Shown here: in pieces, positions 21,416 to 30,452 of the stretch
Position numbering within the stretch: the stretch's first letter is position 1
Layout: each line of letters opens with the position of its first letter
Source of the DNA: an uncultured Thermococci archaeon
GTDB lineage: Archaea > CAYQAE01 > CAYVLA01
NCBI GenBank assembly: GCA_964549615.1
Contig: CAZJVP010000072.1
Coordinates: 29,312 to 93,311 of the forward strand
Length of the DNA stretch: 64,000 nucleotides
Reading direction: 5' to 3'
Notes under the pieces: model-generated
The model's database searches: none
What the model saw: the letters and a program-made list of their open reading frames with translations, nothing else
Told to the model about the DNA's origin: nothing
Program-made: the position numbers and the translations under genes

Positions 21416-21421
21416 AAAAAA
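21416..21421 (-). terminator. oligo-T tract (T6 on minus strand) downstream of paralog 2
   Basis: A6 on plus strand equals T6 on the minus strand, ~115 nt after the stop of the 21537..22751 gene, in a convergent intergenic region. Archaeal terminators are oligo-T tracts. Confidence 0.25.
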
Positions 21422-21536
21422 TGAGGCAAGACGAGGAGATCGGGCTTGCGCGGTCGTCGGGGCAGGCGTCGGCCAAGCGTAGAGCATAGCTCTCATGAGC
21501 GGTCGGGCCCAGGATGGTGCGCCGCGTCAGAGGGGA

Positions 21537-22751
21537 TCAACCGCTCTGTATGAGCTTGGTAAGCCTGACCTCCTTGTACAGCCGGCGCCTGACCATGACC
21601 AACCAAAGGACCGATCCACACAGGATGAATGTTCCGGTAACCGCGCACCATTCAACGACGAACATCCAGAACGTGGCGGCGTTTCTAGCCTTGATTGCCT
21701 GGGCCATTGCGGCCTCACAGAAGTCCAGCACCTCCGCATAGGCCTCCAGAGCCTGCTCCATTTGGCACTCAACGTAGAGATCGGCCGCCCTCTTCTTCTT
21801 CAGCTGGATTTCCCCGGCCAACTTTGTCAGCCCAACGCTGCTTCCCCCCATCCTCTCGACGAAGTCGATCATGTTGTAGAATGTGGTCAGCGCCAGCTCC
21901 GATTCCCTTATCCGTCGCCTGACAATGTAGACGCTGTCGAGGTCGTCGGGCAGACTGCGGCCCGCTAGGAAGAGCATCATGTTTATCGCGTAGTCTCCGT
22001 AGTACTTCCATCGCATGAAGATGCTCCCGCCCTCTGGCGTCCAGTCGGCGGACTGCCCCAACGTTCTCCCCTTGCCGATATCCCACCACATCAGAAACGG
22101 CCCCTCGCCGAATGCGCCCTGCTCAAGCACCGCCAAGAGCTTAGCAGACATCCTAGGCTTGATGTTACAGCTCTTGTAGAAGAAGCCGTAGCTCTCGAGG
22201 GTATCGAAGGGCAGGCTTCTGATGAACTCGTCCTCCCAGTCGAGTATCTTGATCCTGCCGCTCGGTCGCGATGCCGGGTAGGCGATCATGTCGCAGGGCA
22301 GGACATCGGCGACGCTCGTGGGCTCCCAGGAAGGGTAGGACCCTCCGCCGCCAGCGAAGCTCTCCGCGCCCCCGATCATGACCAGGCCTAACCCCTCTTC
22401 CACAACCCCTCTGGACATCCAAAGGAAGTGCTCGTCGCGAAATGCTTCCCTGTTTGCGTCGCTGAGCACGATGACATCGTTCTCAAGAAACTTGGAATAG
22501 GTCCTGGGCATGTAGCTTCTCATGCTCTTCTTTATGATGTCTATGCCCTGGTGAACCGTACATGCGTAGACGGCGGAGCAGTCCAGGAGAGGGTCCGACT
22601 TGAGCATGGGAAATGGATTGGGAACCCCTATGGCATCCCCTGCGTAGAGGACCCTGATCCTTCCGGTCACGGGATCGGCCCTTATGTCGCGGGCCTCGAC
22701 AACCGGGAGGACCAAGAGGACAAGCAGAGACGATAGCAGATCACACCTCAT
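21537..22751 (-). CDS. paralog 2 of the secreted, C-terminally membrane-anchored protein family
   Basis: Signal peptide MRCDLLSSLLVLLVLPVVEA (ATG 22751; ORF track extends to 22931). Conserved C-terminal FWMFVVEW...LVMVRRRLYKEV. Confidence 0.7.
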   Translation of the reverse strand: MRCDLLSSLLVLLVLPVVEARDIRADPVTGRIRVLYAGDAIGVPNPFPMLKSDPLLDCSAVYACTVHQGIDIIKKSMRSYMPRTYSKFLENDVIVLSDANREAFRDEHFLWMSRGVVEEGLGLVMIGGAESFAGGGGSYPSWEPTSVADVLPCDMIAYPASRPSGRIKILDWEDEFIRSLPFDTLESYGFFYKSCNIKPRMSAKLLAVLEQGAFGEGPFLMWWDIGKGRTLGQSADWTPEGGSIFMRWKYYGDYAINMMLFLAGRSLPDDLDSVYIVRRRIRESELALTTFYNMIDFVERMGGSSVGLTKLAGEIQLKKKRAADLYVECQMEQALEAYAEVLDFCEAAMAQAIKARNAATFWMFVVEWCAVTGTFILCGSVLWLVMVRRRLYKEVRLTKLIQSG

Positions 22752-22982
22752 ACCGCGAGAGGGGTGACTTCCTCGCCCTAAAACTATTGCTTCCGTCCAT
22801 CTCATCGTAGGCCCATCTCGCCGAGGAGCCTCCGGCTTTCGTCTTGCACCCCAACAGCAGAGGTGCGAGGAAAAAAAGGCCTGCCTTTCCAAAAACCGGT
22901 CAAGGCACGAAACCCCACACCCACACCCCACACCGTTACATATTCATGCCACACGTTGCATTCCCGAGGGGGCTAACAACCC

Positions 22983-24218
22983 ATGGCTTTTCTGCAGGTG
23001 GCGCTCGATCTTCTGGACCTAGACAAAGCCTTGGAGATGGCTAAGTTGACGGTCAAGGCCGGGGCGGACCTGATAGAGGCGGGCACCCCGCTTATCAAGT
23101 CACACGGGATGCCGGCCCTCAAGCGGCTGGCATCGGAGATCTCCGACAGCGCCAGGATCGTCGCCGACATGAAGATCATGGACGCGGGCTACCTCGAGAC
23201 CAAGATGGCCGCGGAGTCCGGCGCGGACATCGTGACCGTCCTCGGCGCCTCGACCGCGGCTACCGTGACCGAGGTGGTGAGGGCTGCTAGGGAGCAAGGC
23301 GTGGAGGTCATGGCCGATCTCATTGGTGTTGACAACAAACCGCGACGGGCCAGGGAACTGGAGTCGCTCGGGGTCAACTACATCTGCGTCCACACGGGGA
23401 TCGACGAAGTTGGGTCTTCGCCCAACCAGATGCTAGACCTCGAAGACGTAGTGAAAACGGTGAAGATACCAGTTGCGGCGGCTGGCGGCCTCGACAGCGA
23501 CACCGTCGGCAGGGCCGTTGATCGCGGCGCGTCCATAGTCATCGTGGGTCGCGCCATCACAAACAGTAAGGATGTGGAGGGTGATACCCGCCGGATCAAG
23601 CAGGCCATCATGAGGGAGCTCGAAATCATGAACGTGAGGAAGGCCATGAGAATCCTCTCCAAACATATCCAGGATTCCTCGTATCATATTTCGCAGGACG
23701 AGGTGAACAGTTTGCTGGATAGGATCAACTCGGCTTCCAGGATATTCATATGTGGGTCTGGCCGGTCGGGGCTCGTTGGGAGGGCATTTGCCATGCGCTT
23801 AATGCACCTCGGATACCAAGTCTACGTGGTGGGGGAGACGATAACTCCTCCTGTCAGCCCGGAAGACCTCATAATCGCGGTATCAGGATCGGGACAAACC
23901 ACGGTTCCCCTAACCATCGCCAGCATAGCCAAATCGAAGAAGGCCTCCGTCGTGGCAGTGACCAGCTTCCCGGATTCTCCCCTCGGTAGCCTTGCCGACC
24001 AGATCGTCACGATTCCGGGACGGACGAGGAAGGGGGAATCCGAACCATCTGACCATCTGGAGAGGGAAGCCAGGGGCGGGTATGCCCCGCTCACTCCCAT
24101 GGGCACCCTGTTCGAGATCGGTGCCATGGCCTTTCTTGATGGGGCCGTGGCCGAACTAATCTCGCGAAAAGGGCTTGCCGAGAGAGGGCTCGAAGAGCGG
24201 CACACCGACTTGGAGTGA
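22983..24218 (+). CDS. bifunctional 3-hexulose-6-phosphate synthase / 6-phospho-3-hexuloisomerase (HPS-PHI fusion)
   Basis: N-half starts QVALD (HPS, OMP-decarboxylase-like fold). C-half is a SIS domain with ICGSGRSG and VSGSGQT. Confidence 0.85.
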   Translation: MAFLQVALDLLDLDKALEMAKLTVKAGADLIEAGTPLIKSHGMPALKRLASEISDSARIVADMKIMDAGYLETKMAAESGADIVTVLGASTAATVTEVVRAAREQGVEVMADLIGVDNKPRRARELESLGVNYICVHTGIDEVGSSPNQMLDLEDVVKTVKIPVAAAGGLDSDTVGRAVDRGASIVIVGRAITNSKDVEGDTRRIKQAIMRELEIMNVRKAMRILSKHIQDSSYHISQDEVNSLLDRINSASRIFICGSGRSGLVGRAFAMRLMHLGYQVYVVGETITPPVSPEDLIIAVSGSGQTTVPLTIASIAKSKKASVVAVTSFPDSPLGSLADQIVTIPGRTRKGESEPSDHLEREARGGYAPLTPMGTLFEIGAMAFLDGAVAELISRKGLAERGLEERHTDLE

Positions 24219-24422
24219 AGGCGGAGAGCTCCATCTCTCAGGTACCGCCCATACCTGCGATGCCCCACGCCAACGGCTCTTCGCAAGCTTGCCATCTTGC
24301 GACCGCTGCGGGCGCCTAGCCACCATGAGAAAGACCTTCACGGTCGGGAAGCCCTCTGGCAAGAACCGGTTCGCAGGTGGTGGAAGAAGGCACGCAACCC
24401 AACGAACGCCTCTTATCGCCGC

Positions 24423-25304
24423 TCATGTGGGAGCCGAGGGCGAACGGATCCTTGAAAAGAACTCCGGAAGGCCCCTCATGCCGGGCCTCAGGTGGAAAAG
24501 ACCACCGGCCCCAGTTCCCTCAACATCCTTCCTGTCCCCACCGGCGGTCGTGACGTACATATCCTTGTAGTCCTTGCCGCCAAAAATCACGCTTGAGACC
24601 TTGCGCGCAGGGAAATCTATGCGCATGTCCTCCCTGCCGTCCGGGGTGAAGCGCACCAAGCAGCCCCCGTCCCATATCGCGGACCACACGTAGCCCTCGG
24701 AATCCACCGTCATCCCATCGGGAGTGCCGCCCCCCTCGGGCAGCTTGACGAATGAGCGACCGTTCCAGATCAGGCCCGTCCTTGGATCGTAGTCGTAGAT
24801 GCGGATCTCCCGATTGCTCGAGTCGGTGTGGTACATATGACGGCGGTCCAGCGTGAAGCCCATCCCGTTCGAACATCCAACGCCTTCCAAGATCTTGCTC
24901 AGTTTGCCGTCAGGGTCAAGCCTGTACAGGCTCCCAGGATGGTCCTTGCTCGACATGGTGCCGCAGAAGACCCGGCCCGCAGGATCCGCTATCACATCGT
25001 TGAAGCGAGATCCCCTTTCGGCGGGGATTTCCTCGAGAACCGTGGTCAGCTCACCATCTTTCCAGATCATCACGGTCCCCTTGTCCATAAACAGCAATAG
25101 CGACCCGTCCCACTGGATCGTGAAGCCGCCGACGATCCGTCCCTTGTAGAACTGCTCATGGCGGCCGGTGTCCGGTGCGTAGCGAAACATCCGGCCGGTC
25201 GGTATGTCGACCCAGTATAGCCGCTGCTCCATCGGATGCCATAGCGGCCCCTCTCCAGTCAAACATGCGTAGTCCGCCACCAGTTCCGGTTTCATGGCCG
25301 GCAT
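24423..25304 (-). CDS. SMP-30/gluconolactonase/LRE-like beta-propeller hydrolase
   Basis: Regucalcin-like repeats: GEGPLWHP, LYWVDIP, FNDVIADPAGRVF, SNGMGF, DGMTVDSEGYVWSA. Confidence 0.8.
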   Translation of the reverse strand: MPAMKPELVADYACLTGEGPLWHPMEQRLYWVDIPTGRMFRYAPDTGRHEQFYKGRIVGGFTIQWDGSLLLFMDKGTVMIWKDGELTTVLEEIPAERGSRFNDVIADPAGRVFCGTMSSKDHPGSLYRLDPDGKLSKILEGVGCSNGMGFTLDRRHMYHTDSSNREIRIYDYDPRTGLIWNGRSFVKLPEGGGTPDGMTVDSEGYVWSAIWDGGCLVRFTPDGREDMRIDFPARKVSSVIFGGKDYKDMYVTTAGGDRKDVEGTGAGGLFHLRPGMRGLPEFFSRIRSPSAPT

Positions 25305-25574
25305 TCGATCTCACCTGGCAATCCGTCCCGATCAACCGTATAAACGCTTGCGCACACCCTCTTAACCTGTACGGTGTTTGTCCCTGACCGATCGACCGCG
25401 CATATCGTGACGAACCGCTCGTGTACCAACTCCGAAGATGTCCGGCTTGCCAACCACCGCCGTGGACGATCTGTGAAACGTCGGCCGCGAGAACGCGTTA
25501 AGTGGCGCTTGGAAAGTCTTTTCTTTCCTTTCCGCAGCAACCTTACACTCACCTCGAATGGTGGAGTCCTCGAG

Positions 25575-26357
25575 ATGCCGGATCTGCACGCACGGCATAG
25601 GATCATCGATTCGAACTGCTATCTTGGCCACTGGCCAACGCGCAATGTGGGCCTCGGCACAGCGGAAAGCCTGGTCAAGCTTGCGCAGGAAAACGGCGTG
25701 GACCTGTGCCTTGTGTCGGCGTTTGATGCGATCTTCCACAAGGACTACTTGGCCGCAAACCAACGGATGATGAAGGAGTTGGAAGAATTCAGAGGCAAAC
25801 TCCTAGGAGTGCCAATCGAAAACCCCCAATCCCCCGTCTCGGGAAGCCTCCCGCCAGCAGTGGTTAGGCTTGTGCCTTCCTACCATGGATACACCGTTCT
25901 CAGCAAGAGGTGCCAGCGTTTCCTCAGGCAATGCGAGTCCTGTGGGACGACGGTCTTCGTATCCTTGAGGATGAGGGATGAGAGGCTCAGCCATCCCCTG
26001 CTCAGGCTGCGGCCCTCACGCGTCATGGATCTCGCCCATGTCCTTTCGAAGGTGCCCGGCCTTGACGTCGTCGTGAACAACGCTAAGTCAAATGAGATCG
26101 ATGAACTCCTCTCAAGGGGAATGGAGCGGGTCCGGGCTTCATGCGACTGGTCGTTTCCCATCGGGTTCATCGAGAAGATCGTCGACAGGTGTGGTGATGA
26201 CAATCTGGTCTACGGCAGCAATGCGCCCCTCCACTACTACCGCAGCTCCCTGCTCCAAGTGCTCATGGCCGATATACCCGAGAAATCCAAGGCAAAGATC
26301 CTTGGCCACAATATCGGTCGGATTCTCCGAAGTTCGCACGCGTCTGTGTCTAGCTAG
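25575..26357 (+). CDS. TIM-barrel metal-dependent hydrolase (amidohydrolase-2-like)
   Basis: Start taken at MPDLHARHRIIDSNCYLGHWP (ATG 25575); upstream part of the track ORF looks non-coding. Family assignment is tentative. Confidence 0.55.
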   Translation: MPDLHARHRIIDSNCYLGHWPTRNVGLGTAESLVKLAQENGVDLCLVSAFDAIFHKDYLAANQRMMKELEEFRGKLLGVPIENPQSPVSGSLPPAVVRLVPSYHGYTVLSKRCQRFLRQCESCGTTVFVSLRMRDERLSHPLLRLRPSRVMDLAHVLSKVPGLDVVVNNAKSNEIDELLSRGMERVRASCDWSFPIGFIEKIVDRCGDDNLVYGSNAPLHYYRSSLLQVLMADIPEKSKAKILGHNIGRILRSSHASVSS

Positions 26358-26590
26358 ACCGATGGCCATGAACCGACCCGTGGCGTCACGACAGGCTCGC
26401 AGGAGCTAAACGGCGATCGGCACATCCGAGCAATCCGAAACGGGCCGGTTTGCGCACCGGCGACATGCGCCGCAGAACCACATCGTTCATGCATCGAAGG
26501 GAGCCCTGACCTTCTGCCCCGCGGCATGCACAAGGGACCGGCTTGTGGCATAGGATCTTCGTGACGGCGAGCCACGCCGCAGAACGGCCC

Positions 26591-28048
26591 TCAGATGGGC
26601 CCTCTCTTCCTGCTCGGAACGAACCACCTTGAGGTCCGCCTGAGTGGCTCGCTAAGCCTCCTTTCGCGGCGCGGCGGGAGTGCTGCAGCGAAGAGGAGTC
26701 CCAGGAAAACCACCAACGCGGCCCCGATCTCCATTTTTCCGGACAAGATCAGGCAATAAACGAGGAGCAGCGCAGCAAAAGGAAGAGCAATGAACAAGAC
26801 GAGCCTGCCCCTACCCGCCGTCCTTGCTGCCAAGAACAGGCTGGCTATCCCAAGCGCAACTAGGACCCAGAAGAAGTAGGCCGCCCAGCCGTACCCCAAG
26901 ACCGAAGATAGCAGCATGAGCAATAGACAGCCGATCAGATCCAGCGCGGCCACCAGTCGTCGCACGCCTATCTTGAGCACCCCCAAGCTCATGTGCCCGA
27001 GGATGAGGCCCAGTAGCACGCCCGCCACGACCCCCGCGATGAGCCAGAAGACCGCACTGGAGATCAACCTGTCTGCCAGCGGCGTCTGAACCTGTGAAAC
27101 CGAGAGATCGGCGTCCAGGTCCTTCAGCTCGCCCGAGAACTTGATCGCAGAAAGCCATGCATCGCCGGAGAAGAGGCTCGATATCATCGGGTGGATGGAC
27201 TCAAGATCAGTTTTTGGGACCTTGAATCGAACGGGCCCGCCGAGGGCACCCGCAAACCTTGCGAGATTAAGCGCAGGCGGTATCTCCTCTTCGTAGACCG
27301 GCCCGCTGCTTATCGCGAAGATGGCGATCTCCGTGCTGCCTGAGGCGAGCGTCGAGATCCGCAGCGGAAAGTACAACGAGCTGGACTTGAACTTGTAGAG
27401 AATCGGCTCGATGCTTCTTGGCTCAGGCGACAGCTCCACCAAGTCCAGAACGAAATAGGGAAACCTGTCGCGGATGTAGGAGTCCACCAAGCTGGCTAGC
27501 TTCTGCGAGGAAACCCTCTTTCCCATCCCCCGCTCCTCTAGGAAATCGTTTGCCCAATCCTCGAACTGCCGGGAATCGTCAACCCTTATGACGGTGATGT
27601 CGTGTGAGCCGATCTTGTCGTGGAAGACGATCTCCACCCCGGTCTGCTTCCCGCCGCCCCTAAACTCCCCTAACGGGCTGTGATCGCGCATCAGACTGTT
27701 GATAGCCACGAATGGAGCAAGATCGGTCTTTTCGATGACGTCGGGCTCAGAAGGAAGAGGCAAGACCTCCAAGACCGTCGTTGCTGCGTCGGCATACACG
27801 TCCGTGGAGAGTATCAGGATCTCCTCTAGGCCGTTCCAAGCAACGATTGCCTTCTGGCCTGGACCGAAGACGGAAACGTCGGCAAGGGGCAGCATTCCCC
27901 TGTCCGCCAAGCAGACCTGCACTGCCAAGCCCGCCAAGAGCAAACCAGCTACGAACAGGACCAGCATCCGAGTGCTGGACACGAGGGCACCCCTCTCCGC
28001 GTAGTCGTCCGTTCTGATAAATCCTCCCCTGCCTGCGTACTGCAACAA
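26591..28048 (-). CDS. membrane protein: signal/anchor, ~330-aa extracytoplasmic domain, C-terminal polytopic region
   Basis: Hydrophobic N-terminus. Four or more C-terminal TM helices. Arg-rich C-terminal tail. No catalytic motif recognised. Confidence 0.6.
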   Translation of the reverse strand: MLQYAGRGGFIRTDDYAERGALVSSTRMLVLFVAGLLLAGLAVQVCLADRGMLPLADVSVFGPGQKAIVAWNGLEEILILSTDVYADAATTVLEVLPLPSEPDVIEKTDLAPFVAINSLMRDHSPLGEFRGGGKQTGVEIVFHDKIGSHDITVIRVDDSRQFEDWANDFLEERGMGKRVSSQKLASLVDSYIRDRFPYFVLDLVELSPEPRSIEPILYKFKSSSLYFPLRISTLASGSTEIAIFAISSGPVYEEEIPPALNLARFAGALGGPVRFKVPKTDLESIHPMISSLFSGDAWLSAIKFSGELKDLDADLSVSQVQTPLADRLISSAVFWLIAGVVAGVLLGLILGHMSLGVLKIGVRRLVAALDLIGCLLLMLLSSVLGYGWAAYFFWVLVALGIASLFLAARTAGRGRLVLFIALPFAALLLVYCLILSGKMEIGAALVVFLGLLFAAALPPRRERRLSEPLRRTSRWFVPSRKRGPI

Positions 28049-28163
28049 TCAACTCTCTCAGGATCCTGAGCCTCTTCTCAGCCGTCTCCCACTTCTCCAA
28101 CAAAAACACCAGCAAACCCACCCCACACAAAGTGTAACATATGTCGGTTTACCCAACAGTCGG

Positions 28164-28637
28164 TCAGCCCAGCGTCAAGCTTATCTCATCGCCTGGGGAA
28201 AGCCCCCGCCACAACTTCCCACCCGTGATGGTTATGACCAGATCATCCTTTCCGCTCACCGAATGCAACCTGACGAGCTTCCTCGAGCGATCCACCTTCG
28301 TCACCTTGCATTCGATCTTCTCAAGCGATCCTGGTGCCAGTTTCGGTCCGGCCGCCTCGGCCCATCGGTACATCTCAAGAAGCCGTCTGCCCTCATCGCT
28401 GAGCCTTGAGCAGCCCCCCTTCGCGCCTCCGCGGGTTGAGATGACGACCGGCCTTCCCGCGGCTTCCCCGATCTTCGAAACGATCCCCCAAGCATGCCTG
28501 TAGGAAAGGCCAAGGTTGGAAGCAGCGTGTCTGATCGAGCCGGTCCTCTCGATCTCCTCCAACAGCTTCGCCCTTCCCTTCCCGATCAGGGGGCGTCCGT
28601 CCCTCTCGATCCAGATCTTGGACCTCGCCGTTGCCAT
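28164..28637 (-). CDS. ModE-like transcription regulator (wHTH + TOBE/MOP molybdate/tungstate-binding domain)
   Basis: HTH region LGLSYRHAWGIV. Single C-terminal TOBE-like domain. Start at MATARSKIWIERDG (28637). Confidence 0.7.
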   Translation of the reverse strand: MATARSKIWIERDGRPLIGKGRAKLLEEIERTGSIRHAASNLGLSYRHAWGIVSKIGEAAGRPVVISTRGGAKGGCSRLSDEGRRLLEMYRWAEAAGPKLAPGSLEKIECKVTKVDRSRKLVRLHSVSGKDDLVITITGGKLWRGLSPGDEISLTLG

Positions 28638-28639
28638 CC

Positions 28640-29359
28640 CTATCGACCACGGAGCATCTCGTACCTTCGGATGATCTGCCCGATCACGGTTCCATCCTCC
28701 AAACGTGCAGCGAGATCTTTGAGGACGGCCGGGGAATAGGTCCATGCCCCCTTCTCATTGAAGGAGACGCACCGCAGATATTCAATCCTCAAGGTGGGGT
28801 AGCAGGACTCCAACAGATAGCAGTAGACGGCCACCTGAGGCATGGAGTACAGAAACCTGCCCTCAGGCTTGTAGTCTATCACCTCGATGCAGTCGGGGCA
28901 GATCCGCATCAGATCGATGTGGCCCGTTAGCCTCAGAAAACCCGACCACACGGGCACCTCCATGGCCACCATGCCGGGGTCGTTCTTCAGCAGGTAGTCT
29001 TGAACCTGGAAGTGTCTGTCACGAACCTTCCTCATCCGGGCGATCGAGCCGCATATGGACTCGTATTCGCCCTCGGATGCCCTAGTGTCCAGAAGTCCCC
29101 GCTCCTCCAGATGGGACACGAACCACGCATCCGAAGGCCTCGCCGGCAACCTGAGTTGGGACGCGCGTTCGTACTTCTCGTCCTCGAAAACGTTCAGGGG
29201 GATTCGTCCCTGTGCAACCGTCGAGAGGGCATGCCACAGATCCTTGCTGTGCTTCTGGTTGAAAGCCCTGTGATGCCTCAGGTTCCACTGGAAGAGGTAG
29301 CCCACACCAGTATGTCGAAGCCTCCTGCGAACGATGAGCCCGTATTCTTCCTCCGACAA
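28640..29359 (-). CDS. hypothetical protein, possible PD-(D/E)xK nuclease fold
   Basis: Candidate motifs GHIDLM and IEVIDYK (D...E.K), plus CxxC (CPDC) and a further Cys pair. Tightly packed between the two regulator genes. Confidence 0.45.
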   Translation of the reverse strand: MSEEEYGLIVRRRLRHTGVGYLFQWNLRHHRAFNQKHSKDLWHALSTVAQGRIPLNVFEDEKYERASQLRLPARPSDAWFVSHLEERGLLDTRASEGEYESICGSIARMRKVRDRHFQVQDYLLKNDPGMVAMEVPVWSGFLRLTGHIDLMRICPDCIEVIDYKPEGRFLYSMPQVAVYCYLLESCYPTLRIEYLRCVSFNEKGAWTYSPAVLKDLAARLEDGTVIGQIIRRYEMLRGR

Positions 29360-29362
29360 GCA

Positions 29363-29758
29363 CTACTGCTCCGTCATGATGTACCGGGTCTGCTCGATTC
29401 CCCTGATACCCCTGATCCTTGAGGTCATGATCCTGATTTCATCACTCTTGCCCTTTGCCAGGAAAACGGTGATGTTGCGGCCTCCGCCGATCTTGAACGA
29501 TGCCTCTGCCTCGATGAGCCTGGAAAACTGCGACCTCACCCTGTCTATGCGACCCCTCTCGCTTTCACCCTCCCTGTAAAGGAACATGAATGCGTTGAAG
29601 ACGTCCTCCTTCACCTTGCCGTACATCCGCTGCTCCGATATGTGGCTCCTGATTGCGTCCCTAATCGCCTCGCTCCTTGAGGAGTACCCCACGATGCCCA
29701 TCATGAGGTCCAGCTCCTTCATCAAAGCATCGGGAATGTTGAGACTAACGATCGGCAT
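29363..29758 (-). CDS. NikR-family transcription regulator (ribbon-helix-helix + C-terminal regulatory domain)
   Basis: RHH motif MPIVSLNIPDALMKELD...SRSEAIRDAIR. ~130 aa with NikR-like architecture but lacking a His-rich nickel site. Confidence 0.65.
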   Translation of the reverse strand: MPIVSLNIPDALMKELDLMMGIVGYSSRSEAIRDAIRSHISEQRMYGKVKEDVFNAFMFLYREGESERGRIDRVRSQFSRLIEAEASFKIGGGRNITVFLAKGKSDEIRIMTSRIRGIRGIEQTRYIMTEQ

Positions 29759-30161
29759 CTGCCTTCCCCGCTGCCGGTCCTCAGCGGATCACCTTAAATC
29801 TTGTGCATATATGTTGAACGTCTCGTATGGCAAGAGGCGGGGGAACCACAAAAGGGGCCGCCGTGTGGGGCCCCTCCCATCGGACAATCGATGAAAAGCC
29901 CGGATCCGGTGGAAGTGATAAGACCGCCATTTGTGTCCACATCCCTACTCTCGGATCGCGCGCTCGTGCCCAAGCCGTTTCCATACACTTTCGGCGGACG
30001 TCGGAATGAATGCAATGGAAGGACGGCGACTGGGCCGAGGATTCTCAACGGTCACCAGATGACCAGCAAGACTCCGCCAGCGAACCTCCTGCCATGGAGC
30101 CCGAGGCATGCTATGCCCAACAACAGTCTTTATCAACTCGGACGCCAACGTATGTGGGGGA

Positions 30162-30410
30162 ATGAACCTGCAGTGGATCAAGTGCCCAGGCTGCGGCAAC
30201 GACCTCTTCAGGATAAGGCTCGACGGGTTGGCCCAGTGCTCCCGGTGTGGAAGGCCCCTTGAGATTCCGACAAGGGAGAGGCGCCCCCGGATCCCCAGCC
30301 CTTACCCGGAGCAGCCGCCCGAGTACCCCGAGCCCTACCATCCTGACATCAAGGGTCCGACCTGGATCTCCGCCGAGGGCAGGACGCACGGGGACAGGAA
30401 CGCCTCGTGA
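30162..30410 (+). CDS. small zinc-ribbon protein with Pro-rich tail
   Basis: CPGCG...CSRCG pair of CxxC knuckles, then PEQPPEYPEPYHP. Weak support; short. Confidence 0.35.
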   Translation: MNLQWIKCPGCGNDLFRIRLDGLAQCSRCGRPLEIPTRERRPRIPSPYPEQPPEYPEPYHPDIKGPTWISAEGRTHGDRNAS

Positions 30411-30452
30411 TTCCTCTCGACCATCCGGTAGCGCCCCCGAGATGATCGGTCT

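Noticed and set aside
22917-22937. CA-rich simple repeat CCACACCCACACCCCACACCG and tandem ACACAAACCCCG copies at 56447-56480
   Set aside because: Short low-complexity tracts. The second simply encodes a TQTPTQTP tail. Not CRISPR (no regular repeat-spacer architecture, no cas genes).
29880-29990. Possible RNase P RNA (GAAAAGCCCGG and GGUGGAAGUGAUAAGACCGCC resemble CR-I/CR-II)
   Set aside because: Elements are adjacent rather than separated by P5-P9 helices. No matching 3' P4 strand (ACAGAACCCGGCUUA-like) found. Left as an unassigned structured region.
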